A stretch of 64,000 nucleotides of DNA from NCBI GenBank assembly GCA_002269645.1, contig NIVC01001623.1:1-64000 (forward strand). Reading direction: 5' to 3'. The notes below the pieces were generated by a model. That model ran no database searches. It was not told where the DNA came from and saw nothing but the letters and a program-made list of their open reading frames with translations. The position numbers and the translations under genes are program-made. Of this stretch, positions 33,848 through 47,300 are shown piece after piece. This DNA comes from Macrostomum lignano (taxonomy: Eukaryota). The stretch's first letter is position 1. The number at the start of each line of letters is the position of its first letter.

Positions 33848-33941
33848 GAGACAGCAGCTAGCTCATCAGCAAGTGCCTCAGCAGGTGCTTCTGCAACAGC
33901 GGCAACAGCAGCTGCAAAAGCTGAGGCAGATTCTGCTTTGA
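24476..33941 (+). CDS. Divergent Slo/BK-family (KCNMA1/Slo3-like) K+ channel, 16 exons, predicted 1231 aa
   Basis: GT-AG exons 24476-24790, 26391-26452, 26580-26682, 27002-27113, 27199-27350, 27647-27844, 28780-28874, 28952-29068, 29212-29476, 29740-30150, 30227-30428, 30908-31121, 31218-31282, 31660-32669, 32974-33147, 33741-33941 join in phase (3696 nt). S2 IDLGLNIYFVIFFIIR; S4 FLRALRL; pore TASSVGFGD; RCK1 HIIYCG; RCK2 GHTLVAI/LVLPLR/EWRGIRNFP; terminal IFC. Confidence 0.93.
24831..26340. repeat. 23-bp minisatellite (GAGCTGATGCTGAGTGTCTGTGT) in channel intron 1
   Basis: ~65 tandem copies with GTGAGT/GTGAGC/GTAAGT/GGATGAGC variants. Confidence 0.97.
26769..26945. repeat. (GATGA)n microsatellite in channel intron 3
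   Basis: Pentanucleotide array. Confidence 0.97.
27384..27545. repeat. 14-bp minisatellite (ACACCTGCCAGCCC) in channel intron 5
   Basis: Tandem copies. Confidence 0.95.
27872..28730. repeat. Compound C/A-rich minisatellites (17-bp, 13-bp, then 25-bp units) in channel intron 6
   Basis: CAGCACACACAGCCCCA, ACAACACAACCCT and CCGCCTCCCACACCTCAGCAACCAC arrays. Confidence 0.93.
29450..29712. repeat. 37-bp tandem triplication spanning the exon 9 donor, followed by a 33-bp repeat
   Basis: GTGCAGATCAAGAGCATGTTTCACAAAGTGAGTCATT x3 plus a partial copy; AGCAATGTCCGCAGCTCACTGTCATGCACACAC x~3.5. Confidence 0.92.
30452..30830. repeat. 11-bp minisatellite (CAGCATTCACA) in channel intron 11
   Basis: Tandem copies. 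Confidence 0.95.
31340..31580. repeat. 40-bp minisatellite x~6 in channel intron 13
   Basis: CTAGATTAGCAATCCATTCTATTCCTGCACCCATGATAGG, identical copies. Confidence 0.96.
32727..32973. repeat. 32-33-bp minisatellite in channel intron 14
   Basis: CTTGAATCACTTCCGGTTTGCAGTATAGGGTAG variants; the last unit ends at the exon 15 acceptor. Confidence 0.93.
33183..33620. repeat. 20-bp minisatellite (GTGGTAGGCAATGTAGATTT) in channel intron 15
   Basis: Tandem copies. Confidence 0.96.
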
Positions 33942-34605
33942 GTCCGGCCTGAGCTCTGCAACAGTCCGAACTGCTCATTGAGTTCATAATTCATGCATAG
34001 TGTTGTTTTTTTCACTTATTCTGATGCGGATTTTTAGGTGAGCGCTCGAATGAAACGGATTGACATCTCCGAGCAGGCAAATCGATTTAGCACGGCTCCG
34101 GAGTCCTGCCGCTTTGCACTTTTATAAGAGTAGCTCTTTGTGGTGTAGATTAAATACACAGAAGGGGTCGCGTGTGCGCTTCCAGTGTAGAGCTGAATGC
34201 AGTACAGTTTAGCAGCAGCCCTCTAGCTAAAACTTCATCATAAATGCTTTTATTTTGACGAACTACTCGAGTCAGCCAATGCTATTTCCCGAACGCTTCG
34301 GTTGAGTATTGGCAGGTGCTTAACTTTCACCTGCTTTTGCGTAGGGTGGAGGTAGAGATGCGATGAGATGGCGAGAGAGACCGCTGCTTGTCGTTTACAA
34401 AATTGTGCTGGTTGATTTTTGTAGTCTCTTTATTTCATTTTTAGTATGCAAAACGCTTTTTATGCTACTGCAAGTCGAAATATGAAAATTTGAATAAACT
34501 ATAAGATAATATTACAGCAATATTTCAGGTTCCCAACAGTCTAAGAAACTTTGTTGTTTCAAAATTAGTGTTGTTGTTCCAACTTGTTGGCTATTGAGTT
34601 TTTGT

Positions 34606-35628
34606 GCTGTCACAGCAACTTGTGAGAACTGCAGCTGTGAGTGTGACAGGCAGGCATCACAGCCACCTGTGCAAACTGCAGCTGTGAGTGTGACAGGCAT
34701 CACAGCCACCTGTGCAAACTGCAGCTGTGAGTGTGACAGGCAGGCATCACAGCAACCTGTGCAAACTGCAGCTGTGAGTGTGACAGGCAGGCATCACAGC
34801 CACCTGTGCAAACTGCAGCTGTGAGTGTGACAGGCATCACAGCCACCTGTGCAAACTGCAGCTGTGAGTGTGACAGGCATCACAGCCACCTGTGCAAACT
34901 GCAGCTGTGAGTGTGACAGGCAGGCATCACAGCCACCTGTGCAAACTGCAGCTGTGAGTGTGACAGGCAGGCATCACAGCAACCTGTGCAAACTGCAGCT
35001 GTGAGTGTGACAGGCAGGCATCACAGCCACCTGTGCAAACTGCAGCTGTGAGTGTGACAGGCATCACAGCCACCTGTGCAAACTGCAGCTGTGAGTGTGA
35101 CAGGCATCACAGCCACCTGTGCAAACTGCAGCTGTGAGTGTGACAGGCAGGCATCACAGCCACCTGTGCAAACTGCAGCTGTGAGTGTGACAGGCAGGCA
35201 TCACAGCCACCTGTGCAAACTGCAGCTGTGAGTGTGACAGGCATCACAGCCACCTGTGCAAACTGCAGCTGTGAGTGTGACAGGCAGGCATCACAGCCAC
35301 CTGTGCAAACTGCAGCTGTGAGTGTGACAGGCATCACAGCCACCTGTGCAAACTGCAGCTGTGAGTGTGACAGGCAGGCATCACAGCCACCTGTGCAAAC
35401 TGCAGCTGTGATTGTGACAGGCATCACAGCTACCTGTGCAAACTGCAGCTGTGAGTGTGAGGCATCACAGCCACCTGTGCAAACTGCAGCTGTGAGTGTG
35501 ACAGGCATCACAGCTACCTGTGCAAACTGCAGCTGTGAGTGTGACAGGCATCACAGCCACCTGTGCAAACTGCAGCTGTGAGTGTGACAGGCAGGCATCA
35601 CAGCTACCTGTGCAAACTGCAGCTGCAT
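34606..35628. repeat. 43/47-bp minisatellite
   Basis: GGCATCACAGCCACCTGTGCAAACTGCAGCTGTGAGTGTGACA, with or without an extra GGCA. Confidence 0.96.
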
Positions 35629-37059
35629 CTAAGGCTACTTTGGATGAATAATTATTTGCGCGCTGCGTTTTCGGCCCTGCGCTTATTGTTATTTTTGCAT
35701 TTTCAGCCCTCAACATCACCCTACGGAATTATTGCATGGCACTCAGAATAGGCCAGAGCAGATTTTACGAGTGCAGACACCGCATGGCAGTTAAAATAGT
35801 TTCTGCGCTGTTTCGATAGAAGTGGCAAAGGGAGGCAATTGCGCTCCTAAATGCGCTTAACGCCTGGTCCTCCCGTGGATAGGACCAAATGGGACAGAGA
35901 ATTGTGACCAGCTCTATAAGTGGCTATGCACCAAAATAACAATGCGTTTATGACAAGATAGCTATTGTACAGTCTAAAACTACATTGTGCGCAGCATGGG
36001 CATACCACTGGGTTACTAAAGCTGAATTCTCATTGTGCTAAAGCGTAAAGGTCCATTTTGTCAGTGCTGTTGGCTGTTTCTACTTCAGCCCCTCATTTAT
36101 CTACGGAATTCTGTGTTTCCTACTGCGAGGGTGATCCGCGGCAAATCCACGGCTGAACCTGAATCAATGATTAGTGTATTGATATGCAAGGCTGGGTACT
36201 GTAAACTGCTGGCTGCTGCTTGCTATTTAGCTTACTTGTTTGGATCCCAAGCAAGAGCTTTCGTATTTTTCACCCCGTCTTGAGTCATCGTCCCAATTCT
36301 TTCATTGCTGAGACGCTTCCTATGGTATTCGAAAAAAGATTTGCTCTCGATACTACTGACGATCGCAGCCAGGTCAAAAGTGCCGTCATGGAGTCAACGA
36401 AGTTTCAACGAATAACTTGAAAATCTGGCTGAATTCGATGGTAATTTTTCGCTTATTTAAATTCTTCACAGAAAATTACACAGCTTTTTTTCCGATTTCT
36501 CAACGCTTCAATAATCCTAGTAAGCGCAAAAAAAGTATTTCTAAACTTACCGAAAATCCATAACTACTTACGCTAATCACACTACTTATTGCAGTAGTGA
36601 CTAGCGGAGCGAAATCTAGAGTTTAGTTACATTCAAAACATTTTTGTTTTAATATAGCTATGACGAAACCGCGAAAATTAACAAATTTCAATTAGAGAAA
36701 TAATCACCGCCAAAGGAAAATTAAAACTCCATAGTTGTAACAACTGGAATTCTTATAATTGAACACTTTAGTTTCAACTTAATAAAATAGCAATATTTTT
36801 ACATTGTTCAAACGATTGCTAAAACTTTTGGTTCCATGTTGATGCGAGAACCGAAATAACTGGCTCTGATTTGCAATACAAAATTGAAAAACTATTTAAG
36901 GTTGAAATGAATTGGCACATTTTAATTTCTTTCATAGTATTTTATCTGCAGTACCCGTAAGTTTGTACATCTGTCATTCTGTACATCCAGACTGACTACT
37001 TTTCTGTTTTACTAATGAATTCCCAATCCTTGGTTGTCATCATCTTTGCTTATGTGCTC

Positions 37060-38215
37060 TGACTTTTTTGCCAGCTTCTTCTGTTAGTCAGCTCTGCTCT
37101 TTTGCCAGCTTCTTCTGTTAGTGAGGTCTTGCTTTTTGCCAGCTTCTTCTGTTAGTCAGCTCTGCTCTTTTGCCAGCTTCTTCTGTTAGTGAGGTCTGCT
37201 TTTTTGCCAGCTTCTTCTGTTAGTGAGGTCTTGCTTTTTGCTAGCTTCTTCTGCTAGTGAGGTCTTGCTTTTTTGTCAGCTTCTTCTGTTTGTGAGGTCT
37301 TGCTTTTTTGCCAGCTTCTTTTGCTAGTGAGGTCTGCTTTTTTCCAGCTTCCTTTGCTAGTGAGGTCTTGCTTTTTTCCAGCTTCTTCTGCTAGTGAGGT
37401 CTTGCTTTTTTGTCAGCTTCTTCTGCTAGTGAGGTCTTGCTTTTTTGTCAGCTTCTTCTGTTAGTCAGCTCTGCTCTTTTGCCAGCTTCTTCTGTTAGTG
37501 AGGTCCGTTTTTTTGCCAGCTTCTTCTGTTAGTGAGGTCTTGCTTTTTTGCCAGCTTCTTCTGTTTTTGAGGTCTGCTTTTTTGCCAGCTTCTTCTGCTA
37601 GTGAGGTCTGCTTTTTTGCCAGCTTCTTCTGTTAGTGAGGTCTACTTTTTTGCCAGCTTCTTCTGTTTGAGAGGGCTGATTGTTTTGCCAGCTTCTTCTG
37701 TTTGTGAGCTCTGCTTTTTTGCCAGCTTCTTCTGTTTGTGAGGTCTGCTTTTTGCCAGCTTCTTCTGCTAGTGAGGTCTTGCTTTTTTGCCAGCTTCTTC
37801 TGTTTGAGAGGTCTGATTGTTTTGCGAGCTTCTTCTGCTTGAGAGGTCTAATTGTTTTGCCAGCTTCTTCTGTTTATGAGGTCTGCTTTTTTGCCAGCTT
37901 CTTCTGTTTGTGAGCTCTGCTTTTTTGCCAGCTTCTTCTGTTAGTGAGGTTTTGCTTTTTTGCCAGCTTCTTCTGCTAGTGAGGTCTTGCTTTTTTGCCA
38001 GCTTCTTCTGTTAGTCAGCTCTGCTCCTTTGCCAGCTTCTTCTGTTTGAGAGGGCTGATTGTTTTGCCAGCTTCTTCTGTTTGTGAGCTCTGCTTTTTTG
38101 CCAGCTTCTTCTGTTTGTGAGCTCTGCTTATTTTGCCAACTTCTTCTATTAGTCAGCTCTGCTTTTTTGCAATCTTCTTCTGTTAGTCAGCTCTGCTTTT
38201 ATGCTAGAGCTTTTT
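37060..38215. repeat. ~34-bp satellite, array A (diverged)
   Basis: GCCAGCTTCTTCTGTTAGTGAGGTCTGCTTTTTT variants. Confidence 0.95.
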
Positions 38216-38709
38216 CTGTTAGTGATTTTTTGCTTCGACTTGTTAACAAACAGTCAAACTTTTCTTCTACATAATTCTTTGCCTTCCCTACCAAAAATCC
38301 ATATCATCGAGAACATTGTTCTCCTCTGTCAACTGTCTGTATGTCAACTGAGTCTCTTACACTGCACTGTAAACTGTTTCGTTTCAGATATTTGTCTTAT
38401 CATTGGAATGGATCTAAGAGTTTGATCTTTTAATAAGCTTTAATTTCAGCCTCTTGATGAAGCTCTGCTTGCCTGTCAATTTGCTTGGCATCACAAGTCT
38501 CTTATCTTACGAAATATCTTGCTTGCTACTGTTCAATCAGCTTGAACATTTTTAAGGCACTTGAGTACTCGTATACGAGCTATGCTGTGGTATTTCTGAT
38601 TTCTCTCTTTTGTCAGCAGATTGACGCACCTGCATTCTGGTCAGATTGTTTTATCTTAATCAGTCAGCCACATGTGCAATAAGCTAAATACCTTTCCATC
38701 GAATTTCAG

Positions 38710-41583
38710 AGTCGCAACGGCCGTGATGAATGAAAAGATGCACTGTGGAGAACAGAACACTTGGCAAGTTTTAAATATCCATGGAGGAATTAAGTTAATT
38801 TTTGATTTCCAAGATAGATTCGATGAAAAGACTGCTGTGATCACAAAGGTTTGTCTCTGGAAAGTCAAGGTGATTGAGAACAACACCATTCTGGCGATCC
38901 AACCTCCCGAACCAAGACAAGGACTCCGGCTGGGTGTTGCGCATTTAAGTGGTAAGCATGTTCGCTTAGGTATTCGAATATATTTTAGATACCTTGGATG
39001 TGTTATTGTCTAACTAATCTTATTACATTCTTAATTTAGGAAGTGGCTTTGCCAACTACTCAGTGAACCTCAGCTCTGGCCTCTACATCTTGGCGAATGC
39101 GTAAGGGACTTCTTTGTTTTAAACTGCATTTACTTCAGTTGTGTTGCCGTGTGTGATGGATTTGACAAAATTGACATGATTAAAAAAGTGTTGACCGTCT
39201 ACTTGATCGCACGCTTCTTGCAATAGCTATGTAACGGTAATTTCAGTCAAAATGATTTGACAATAGAAGTACATTATTGACACCCTACATTGCAGTGGGG
39301 ACACTGTGAACATCACGGCCAAGCTGGAAAATGTCACAAATGTGACTGCATCCGACAATCTGACAGTCACTGCAACCAGCCAGAAGACGTGCAACTCCAG
39401 CACAAGCTTCACGCACGGCGGGAGATGCTACTTGACGGTCCCTGCTGAGTCGGCCTTGGGCCACGGTCTGCAGCTGCCGAGTGCCTGTCCGTTGCAGCAC
39501 TGCGATGCACGCCGAATTGGCAAGTTTATACAGGACGGTGAATAACTATATTTTGTCTACGAAGCATTAATGCCCCATCTACTAGGGAATACGATCCTGG
39601 GATCCCGGGATCAAAATATTAGGCCCAAATCCCGGTATTCTGAATCAAGAACCAATAGTAGTTATCGTTTCATCAGGACGTACAACGTTCAGATATTGAA
39701 AAATTATTTGAAGGCTCGCTTGTTTGCATTGCAGCAAAACTTTAAATGCATATATCTCTCAATCAGATGCACTTATATTGATAATTTTTCGCCAGATTTT
39801 TTTGACATTTTATCCCTGTAAGCTTACGCAAGGTTCGACGACTCAATATCTGCATGTGGGATCGACAGGCTTACATGCGCTCGTTTGCGACCCTCAGGAG
39901 TCAGGAATGGGTATCTGTGCAATATTTCTTGCATGGAATGACATAAATTCGTTAAATATGATTAATTATAAGAAACACAACAATTTTTTAGTTTGTGTGG
40001 AGAAAAGTGAGAATGCTTTTTTGAAGGAAAGCATTGCTAAATGCACGTGAAGAAGCGAACAATCAAACAAAATTGCAATATTTATGAGTGCTACATCCTG
40101 ATGCAACGGAACATCCAGTGATCCTTGTTCTTAATTCCGAGATTATGATGACCCTGGATTTCGAAAAATTCTTAATCCTGGGATTGCAATTGTCCGGGAT
40201 TTACCATCCAATACCCGAAAACTTCCAATACCGACAGTGATGACTAATTAATAATAATTAGTAATATCTTGTTCATTTTTGCTTGGTATTGTATATTTAA
40301 TACGCAGTCCATTGTCTGTGTGAATGATATTTGTCTCATTCGAATCCAAAAATGTCAGAATTTCGCATTTCTGATTGATTAAAAAATGTTTAAGAACAAT
40401 ACTCGTATTGCTAAAAGGCTGTAGCTGCTTTTGCTATAATTTTGTAAAGACACCAAAACTTGTCCTTTCCAAGAATCAAAATGCAGTGCACGATTCACTA
40501 CTGCCCGAACGGCTAGATTTGAATTCGAATATTAAGCATTTTGATCTTTTACGAAGCTTGATTACAGCTACAAAACAACTTTACAACTTTGTATGATTAT
40601 TACACATCGTGAGGTTGAGTCAACACTCGACTCGACGAGTCAACAGTCAATGACTCAACTATCAACTCGAGTCTCAAGTCTCAACTCAACTCTCAAGGCT
40701 CGAATCTCGATTCTAAACACTTAAATTTATACTCTCAGTTGTTTAGCATAGTAAAGTTTATTTCGCTTAAAGTGAGCCTCATTTCATAGCCGAGACAGAG
40801 CATGCTCTAAAAATGACTTTAAATTGTCCGATTGTCTCCAAATCTTGCATACCAGCAGGGATCAGGATTGGCAAAACTCGGGATTTTGTATGATCCCTAC
40901 TTATAGAAATAATTCTGTTGCATGAAGGCTAGATAAAAACTTTGCAAAACTACCCGAACCAACACCCACAGCATCCAGAGTGCTGCACCGACTCAAAGAC
41001 CATCGAGTTCTGCTGCCATTTTTGGCTTTTTTTGGCGCGAAGCTGTTTTACCTCGACTGCAGCAACAGGAATTTGACGTACAAAGGCAACTGGACATATT
41101 TGGCCAACCAGTCTGAGCTGATCGATTTCTTGGGGTGAGTATTGTTAGAAGGAGTTGGGAGATCAGGCAGGATCGTGAGGCTGATTTTCCACGTTATCTT
41201 CACCTCTACCGTCCGACAGAAACGTTTCTGGGGATGAGCAGCAAATGCAATTAGTTGCTCTTGGACTGAACTCCAATAAAAAAGTGGAATTGGTTCCAAT
41301 CAGTAGCGATGAGGCTGCGGGCCTGCATCGGCTGCTTGTCGTTGAGTTCAACCCAGTGATGCAAGGAACCAACTGCGACGAGCGAGTACCCTGCCCAGAG
41401 AATCAACAGGATGGCAGCGCAAGAATTGTTATGATTGTGGTGGGAGCCATGGCTGGGATGGTCATTGCACTCTTACTTGTAGCTGTGATCGTCTTTTATT
41501 TTGTAAGAAAACGCAGACGACGTGCCCAAACTACTACTGAAAACAACAACGATGGAGTCAATATTCCTTTAAACGATGTTTAA
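38710..41583 (+). CDS. Single-pass type I membrane protein, 5'-partial; possible PKD-like and C-type-lectin-like modules
   Basis: In-phase exons 38710-38951, 39040-39100, 39296-39537, then 41043-41134 and 41220-41583; the path 39538-41042 is unresolved. Many N-x-S/T sites; CNSSTSFTHGGRCY; TM IVMIVVGAMAGMVIALLLVAVIVFYFV followed by RKRRRR and a short tail. Confidence 0.65.
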
Positions 41584-42320
41584 GCGAACGCAATACCCAC
41601 GAGACTGCCGCTTCCGTGAACGACAATTTCCACTAAACTGTTATAACTCTAAATGATGAAGTTACCATTAACATTTTCGTGTGAATGTCACACTGCAAAC
41701 ATTCCGCGTTCATGCCTGTTGCGTGTTTTTTGCTGGAATGAAAGTCAATAAGCTGATATTATGCGACGTTAATTTTGAGATGTGTGAATAGAGCAATCTG
41801 TCTGACATGTCTTGACTATGCTTCAATCGAATTGTCAAAGTTTTAAAAACTTGCCTTATCTAAATGCCGTGAGTTCAATGTTATCCCTATCGAAAAACTT
41901 AGTCTCCCGGGTTATACCGGTAAATTATACTAGCGATGATATTATTATTAATAAGTTTCTAGACATTTTGATAGGCTTTTCTCTGCTCAAAATGCATCTA
42001 TCCAAGACAATACATTTGCGCTTGAACAAAAGTTTTGCGCTGTGCACTACGCATCCATGCATCTGTGCAGTCCGTAAATTTTTACTACCTGGATTACAAG
42101 CCTGCAGAGCACTACATACAGGCGCTGCGTTATTGGCACCTAAGAGTAATCTCTTCATCGACCTGAGTCATCGATTAAATATTTCCTATCCGTTTTTTTC
42201 AATGAAAATTACATGTTTTATGTTTTATTCCGATATTTCAGTTGTTCCACAGCTTTTCTATTGAAATATATATGAATTTAGTTGTATTTTTGGCATTCTT
42301 CATTTCTTTGGGGACACCAA

Positions 42321-43525
42321 TTGAATAGTTACAGGCAGGGATGTGGCACACGGTGGAGCTCTGATCACAGATATTGAATAGCTACAGGCAGGGAGTTGGC
42401 ACACGGTGGAGCTCTGATCACAGATATTGAATAGCTACAGGCAGGGAGTTGGCACACGGTGGAGCTCTGATCACAGATATTGAATAGCTACAGGCAGGGA
42501 GTTGGCACACGGTGGAGCTCTGATCACAGATATTGAATAGCTACAGGCAGGGAGTTGGCACACGGTGGAGCTCTGATCACAGATATTGAATAGCTACAGG
42601 CAGGGAGTTGGCACACGGTAGAGCTCTGATCACAGATATTGAATAGCTACAGGCAGGGAGTTGGCACACGGTGGAGCTCTGATCACAGATATTGAATAGC
42701 TACAGGCAGGGAGTTGGCACACGGTAGAGCTCTGATCACAGATATTGAATAGCTACAGGCAGGGAGTTGGCACACGGTGGAGCTCTGATCACAGATATTG
42801 AATAGCTACAGGCAGGGAGTTGGCACACGGTGGAGCTCTGATCACAGATATTGAATAGCTACAGGCAGGGAGTTGGCACACGGTGGAGCTCTGATCACAG
42901 ATATTGAATAGCTACAGGCAGGGATGTGGCACACGGTGGAGCTCTGATCACAGATATTGAATAGCTACAGGCAGGGAGTTGGCACACGGTGGAGCTCTGA
43001 TCACAGATATTGAATGGCTACAGGCAGGGAGTTGGCACACGGTGGAGCTCTGATCACAGATATTGAATAGCTACAGGCAGGGAGTTGGCACACGGTGGAG
43101 CTCTGATCACAGATATTGAATAGCTACAGGCAGGGAGTTGGCACACGGTGGAGCTCTGATCACAGATATTGAATAGCTACAGGCAGGGATGTGGCACACG
43201 GTGGAGCTCTGATCACAGATATTGAATAGCTACAGGCAGGGAGTTGGCACACGGTGGAGCTCTGATCACAGATATTGAATAGCTACAGGCAGGGAGTTGG
43301 CACACGGTGGAGCTCTGATCACAGATATTGAATAGCTACAGGCAGGGAGTTGGCACACGGTGGAGCTCTGATCACAGATATTGAATAGCTACAGGCAGGG
43401 AGTTGGCACACGGTGGAGCTCTGATCACAGATATTGAATAACTACAGGCAGGGATGTGGCACACGGTGGAGCTCTGATCACAGATATTGAATAGCTATAG
43501 GCAGGGAGTTGGCACACGGTGGAGC
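42321..43525. repeat. 53-bp minisatellite x~22.7
   Basis: TATTGAATAGCTACAGGCAGGGAGTTGGCACACGGTGGAGCTCTGATCACAGA, highly homogeneous. Confidence 0.98.
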
Positions 43526-43740
43526 CACTTACAATAGATGGCTCTCTATATTCCCTAAATTGCACATGTTCATTAACCTTTCCTTATACTTATACTGGCA
43601 TGAGCACCGTTTTCATTCATATTCAGATACAAAAGAGCTATCGTGAAGAATTCACTTACAAAACTTTAAAGCGTTTTTTCTGCACGACACCAACACAGCG
43701 ACCAAACTCACTCAACTGAAACCAATCACACAGCATTGAA

Positions 43741-43782
43741 TCCTCGAGGCACCCTGGCAACGAACTCGCTAACCGCCTTGCC
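43741..43782 (+). pseudogene. Possible retroelement RNase H remnant
   Basis: SSRHPGNELANRLA resembles the GH.G..GNE.AD.LA C-terminal RNase H motif; nothing else supports it. Confidence 0.3.
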
Positions 43783-44344
43783 TGGCCGTTGCTGTCACTT
43801 CTGATCAACCAGTGGGTGGCATCTACGCTCGTAAGCACAGGCGGGGCCAATGAGACCAACTACAGCGGTTCTTATCCGCTGGTCCCACCTCTCACTCTCT
43901 CACCATTACAAGTTCAATTCAGAGTTAACAGTGGGGATTACTGCAGGGCGATCACCATATCACTCTCTGGTCTGGATAGGTTTCGCTAGGAGAGACGTCC
44001 GCAATTGACCAATGCAAATTCTGCCTCTCCGGTGTGGAGAAGTGTCTTCTGCAACTTCCTCGCCTCTTTAATCTCCTTTTCTTGGCTTAAACTAATTTCT
44101 TCAAAAATTTTTAGACCCGAGAATATTTCTCGCAGTCCAGAGTCGTGCCCTCTGACGCTGACTTCTAAAGACCCTGACAGCATATTTTGTTGTTATTTTG
44201 TTGTTTTTGTTGTTGTGATTGCTGCTCTGATGTTGTTCCGATGTTATTTTTCGGCCATGAAAGAAATTGAGTCTGAGAAAACTAAAGTTTTTTTGAGCAC
44301 GAGAAAATATTGAGCTCTGAAGCTCACAAGCCGACATTTGTTCC

Positions 44345-47300
44345 TGTTCTCAAGACAAAGAACCTTTTGCCCAAACTCTCGGCAAGGTTTTGAATATTGC
44401 CACAACGCGCTCTCACGAACAAATTCAAGCCATCGATCCTTTTATATTTAACTGCTAAATGACACACAAAAGATGGGGTGGGGCTGAGACTGCATGTACA
44501 CTAAGCGATAATGGGGGGCGGGGCCCAGAGACGTACATATCTTCGACATACGAAAATGAGACCTACAACTATAACTAACAAAGAAACATAAATACAAAGC
44601 CTACGCAATATTCCCCCCTTCCTGATAGAACACAATCAGCAATCAAAGTCGGGAAGATGCACCGCCACCACAGCAAAAAACCGTTAATGCACATTCACCA
44701 AATATTCGAATGAGGAACCGCTCCGATGCAATAAAAATATAATGTCAATAAACCTGAACGGCTACTACAAAACCACAAAAATAAGCGCGTGTTACGATTT
44801 AAAAAAACGCATGGGCAAAGGCGTTCAAAACCGCTTAAATTTAACAGCCTATAGCCAGCACAAAAGTATAAACCAAAAAGAAAACGAAAAACCCACCACC
44901 AAAAATAACACTAAATGTGAAACAAAATTTCAAGCTGCTACACTATCCTGGACCGCAAACGCTATCAGCACCAAAAGGTCACGCAACACTGACTGACCAA
45001 AAATAACTGCTATGCTCCGAAAAAAAACGTGTCACATCGTCAAGGCCAAAATCAGTCAGCTGGCTCCACTTGACTCTCAAGCAGACACAGCTTATTTACC
45101 GATCTCACTAGCAATTTCTGGCCGACTTGCACGTTGACGACTCTGACTCGTCCGTCCCGGCCGGGGAAGACGTTGACAATCCGACCTAGCGGCCAGTGAC
45201 CTCGCGGAGAGTCGGTTTGCACGATCAGCACCACGTCGCCAGCTTGCAGGTCCGCTGCGACTTGGTCCACTTGGTTCGGCGCTGGAGTCCTGGCAGCCAC
45301 TCTTGCATCCACCGCCGCCACACATGCCGGACCAACTCCTGAACGCGCCGCCAGCGTCGGCGTGGGTCTTTTGCAACATCGGCTGAGATGTCCGGCGCGA
45401 ACTGACCACCCGCCTGTCCGTGCAGGAAGTGATTTGGCGTCAGTGGGACTTCGTCCTTAGGATTGGCTGACTGGTATGTGATCGGCCGCGAATTGATCAG
45501 TGCCTCGACTCCGACTACCGCTGACTGAAACTCCTCGTCGTTCACTTCCGCATTGCTCAGCACAACTTGCAGCGCTCGCTTAACAGCTCGAACCATGATC
45601 TCGTGCGCTCCTCCAAAGTGCGGTGCGGCTGGAGGCTGGAAGTTCCATCTGATTCCGTGATTCGAAGCCGCCTGCTGCACCTTTGACCTGCTCAACTCTT
45701 CCAAGCTCCGCAGCTCTTCAGCACCCTTAACGAAATTGCCTCCATTATCTAAATGCATCTGCTTCGGTAGTCCTCGCCGACCGACCATTCGAAAAAAATG
45801 CATTTAGGAAGGAGTCTGCATCAAGACCGAATGTCACCTCCAGGTGTACGGCGCGCGTCTCCAGACACGTGAACAATGCGATGTATCGCTTCTGTCTCGC
45901 CCTGCCTCGTCCTTGGACAGTCAGAAACGACCCGCCCATGTCTACGGCTGTGTTGGTGAAGGTCTTCAACGACCCTTCGAGACGTACTTCGGGTAATGGC
46001 GCCATCAGCTGGTCTATCGGCTTGGCTTTGCTCCTCCTGCAGACTGCGCATTCCTGTTCCCACTCGCAAATGGCCTCTCGAGCGCTGACGATCCAATACC
46101 GGGCCGAGATCGCGGCTAGCGTCTGGTTGGTTCCGCCATGCAGCTGCTCCTCGTGATGCTGCTTGATCACCAGCTTCGTAATCCAGTGTCTTTGAGGCAA
46201 GATGATGGGTTGCCTAGCATCGTATGACATCTGCTGGCTGAACTTTAGCCTCCCGTCTACTCGCATCAATCCCGCAGCGTCCATCACGGGTTTCAGGCAC
46301 GACAACTGTTTGACTCAATCCTTAACCATCCGGAAACCTTCCTTTTGCGCCAATCGCACGAGCTGCTCTTCGACGTCATTCAGTTCCTCTCCGGTCAACT
46401 CCCCATCAACCCTGAGCGCCTGCGTCCTCTGGCAGTTTCTAATGAAGCGCAACACCCAGGCCGTAATACGCTGCAGTCTCCGAAAACTCGAGAACCGCGC
46501 CGGGTCCAGTCTCCAGTCCAACGTCTCTAGCTCGGCTGACGTCAAGAACGACCTCTCCTCCGACGCAACGTCCACTGTTCTTGTGTTGCTACACGTCAAT
46601 TTCGTCTCTGGCTTCGCTGGCTCTGCTGGAAGTGCTCTCTCTGGCCACGCCTGCTCACCTCGCATCAGAAACTCTGGTCCGTGCATCCACAGCTCATTGC
46701 GGCTCAGCTCCTCCGCGTTGCAGCCTCGCGACAGCACATCGGCCGGGTTCAGCTTCGTGGGCACGTAGCGCCATTTATTAATTCGGAATTCCTGCTGAAT
46801 GAACGCGACTCGGTTGGCGACAAACGGCTTGAGCACTAGGCTTTGCTTTCTGATCCACCACAATACGTTTTGGCTGTCACTCCACAATACCACCTTGCTC
46901 CGTTCCACTTCCAACGCCTCAGAAACCACTTTGGCCAGCTTTACGCCCAACACCGCTGCCATCAGCTCGAGTCTTGGAACGCTGACCGTCTGCAGAGGGG
47001 CTACTCGAGACTTTGCTCCTACGAGCCGCACGGTTGATGCTTCCGAATTGACTGCACTCCTTAGGTAAATTACAGCTCCATACGCGTCCTGCGATGCTTT
47101 AACCAATGTGTGTAGCTCTACATCCTGCATTTGGTCACTTAGACAGCGTGGCACCGAGATTTCACTGGCCGCCGACAGCTTTCTAGACCACTCAGTTGCT
47201 TCTGTCACTAAGTCTGGATTCAACGCTTCGTCCCAGCCAGCACCTAAGCGCCACACCTTCTGCAACAGAATCTTCCCTTGCGTCACAACTGGAGCCACGA

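Noticed and set aside
34594-35751. Cys-rich ORFs (TATCANCSCECDRQ) resembling metallothionein
   Set aside because: Produced by the 43/47-bp minisatellite; unit lengths are not multiples of 3.
39582-40898. Scattered CCGGGAT/ATCCC palindromic motifs (also at 10386) and a 42-bp AGGGATCA...TGATCCCT unit
   Set aside because: Probably eroded MITE remnants; no boundaries or TSD can be defined.
42321-43525. Regular 53-bp array, and the 40-bp array at 31340, as possible CRISPR
   Set aside because: No unique spacers, no cas genes, eukaryotic context.
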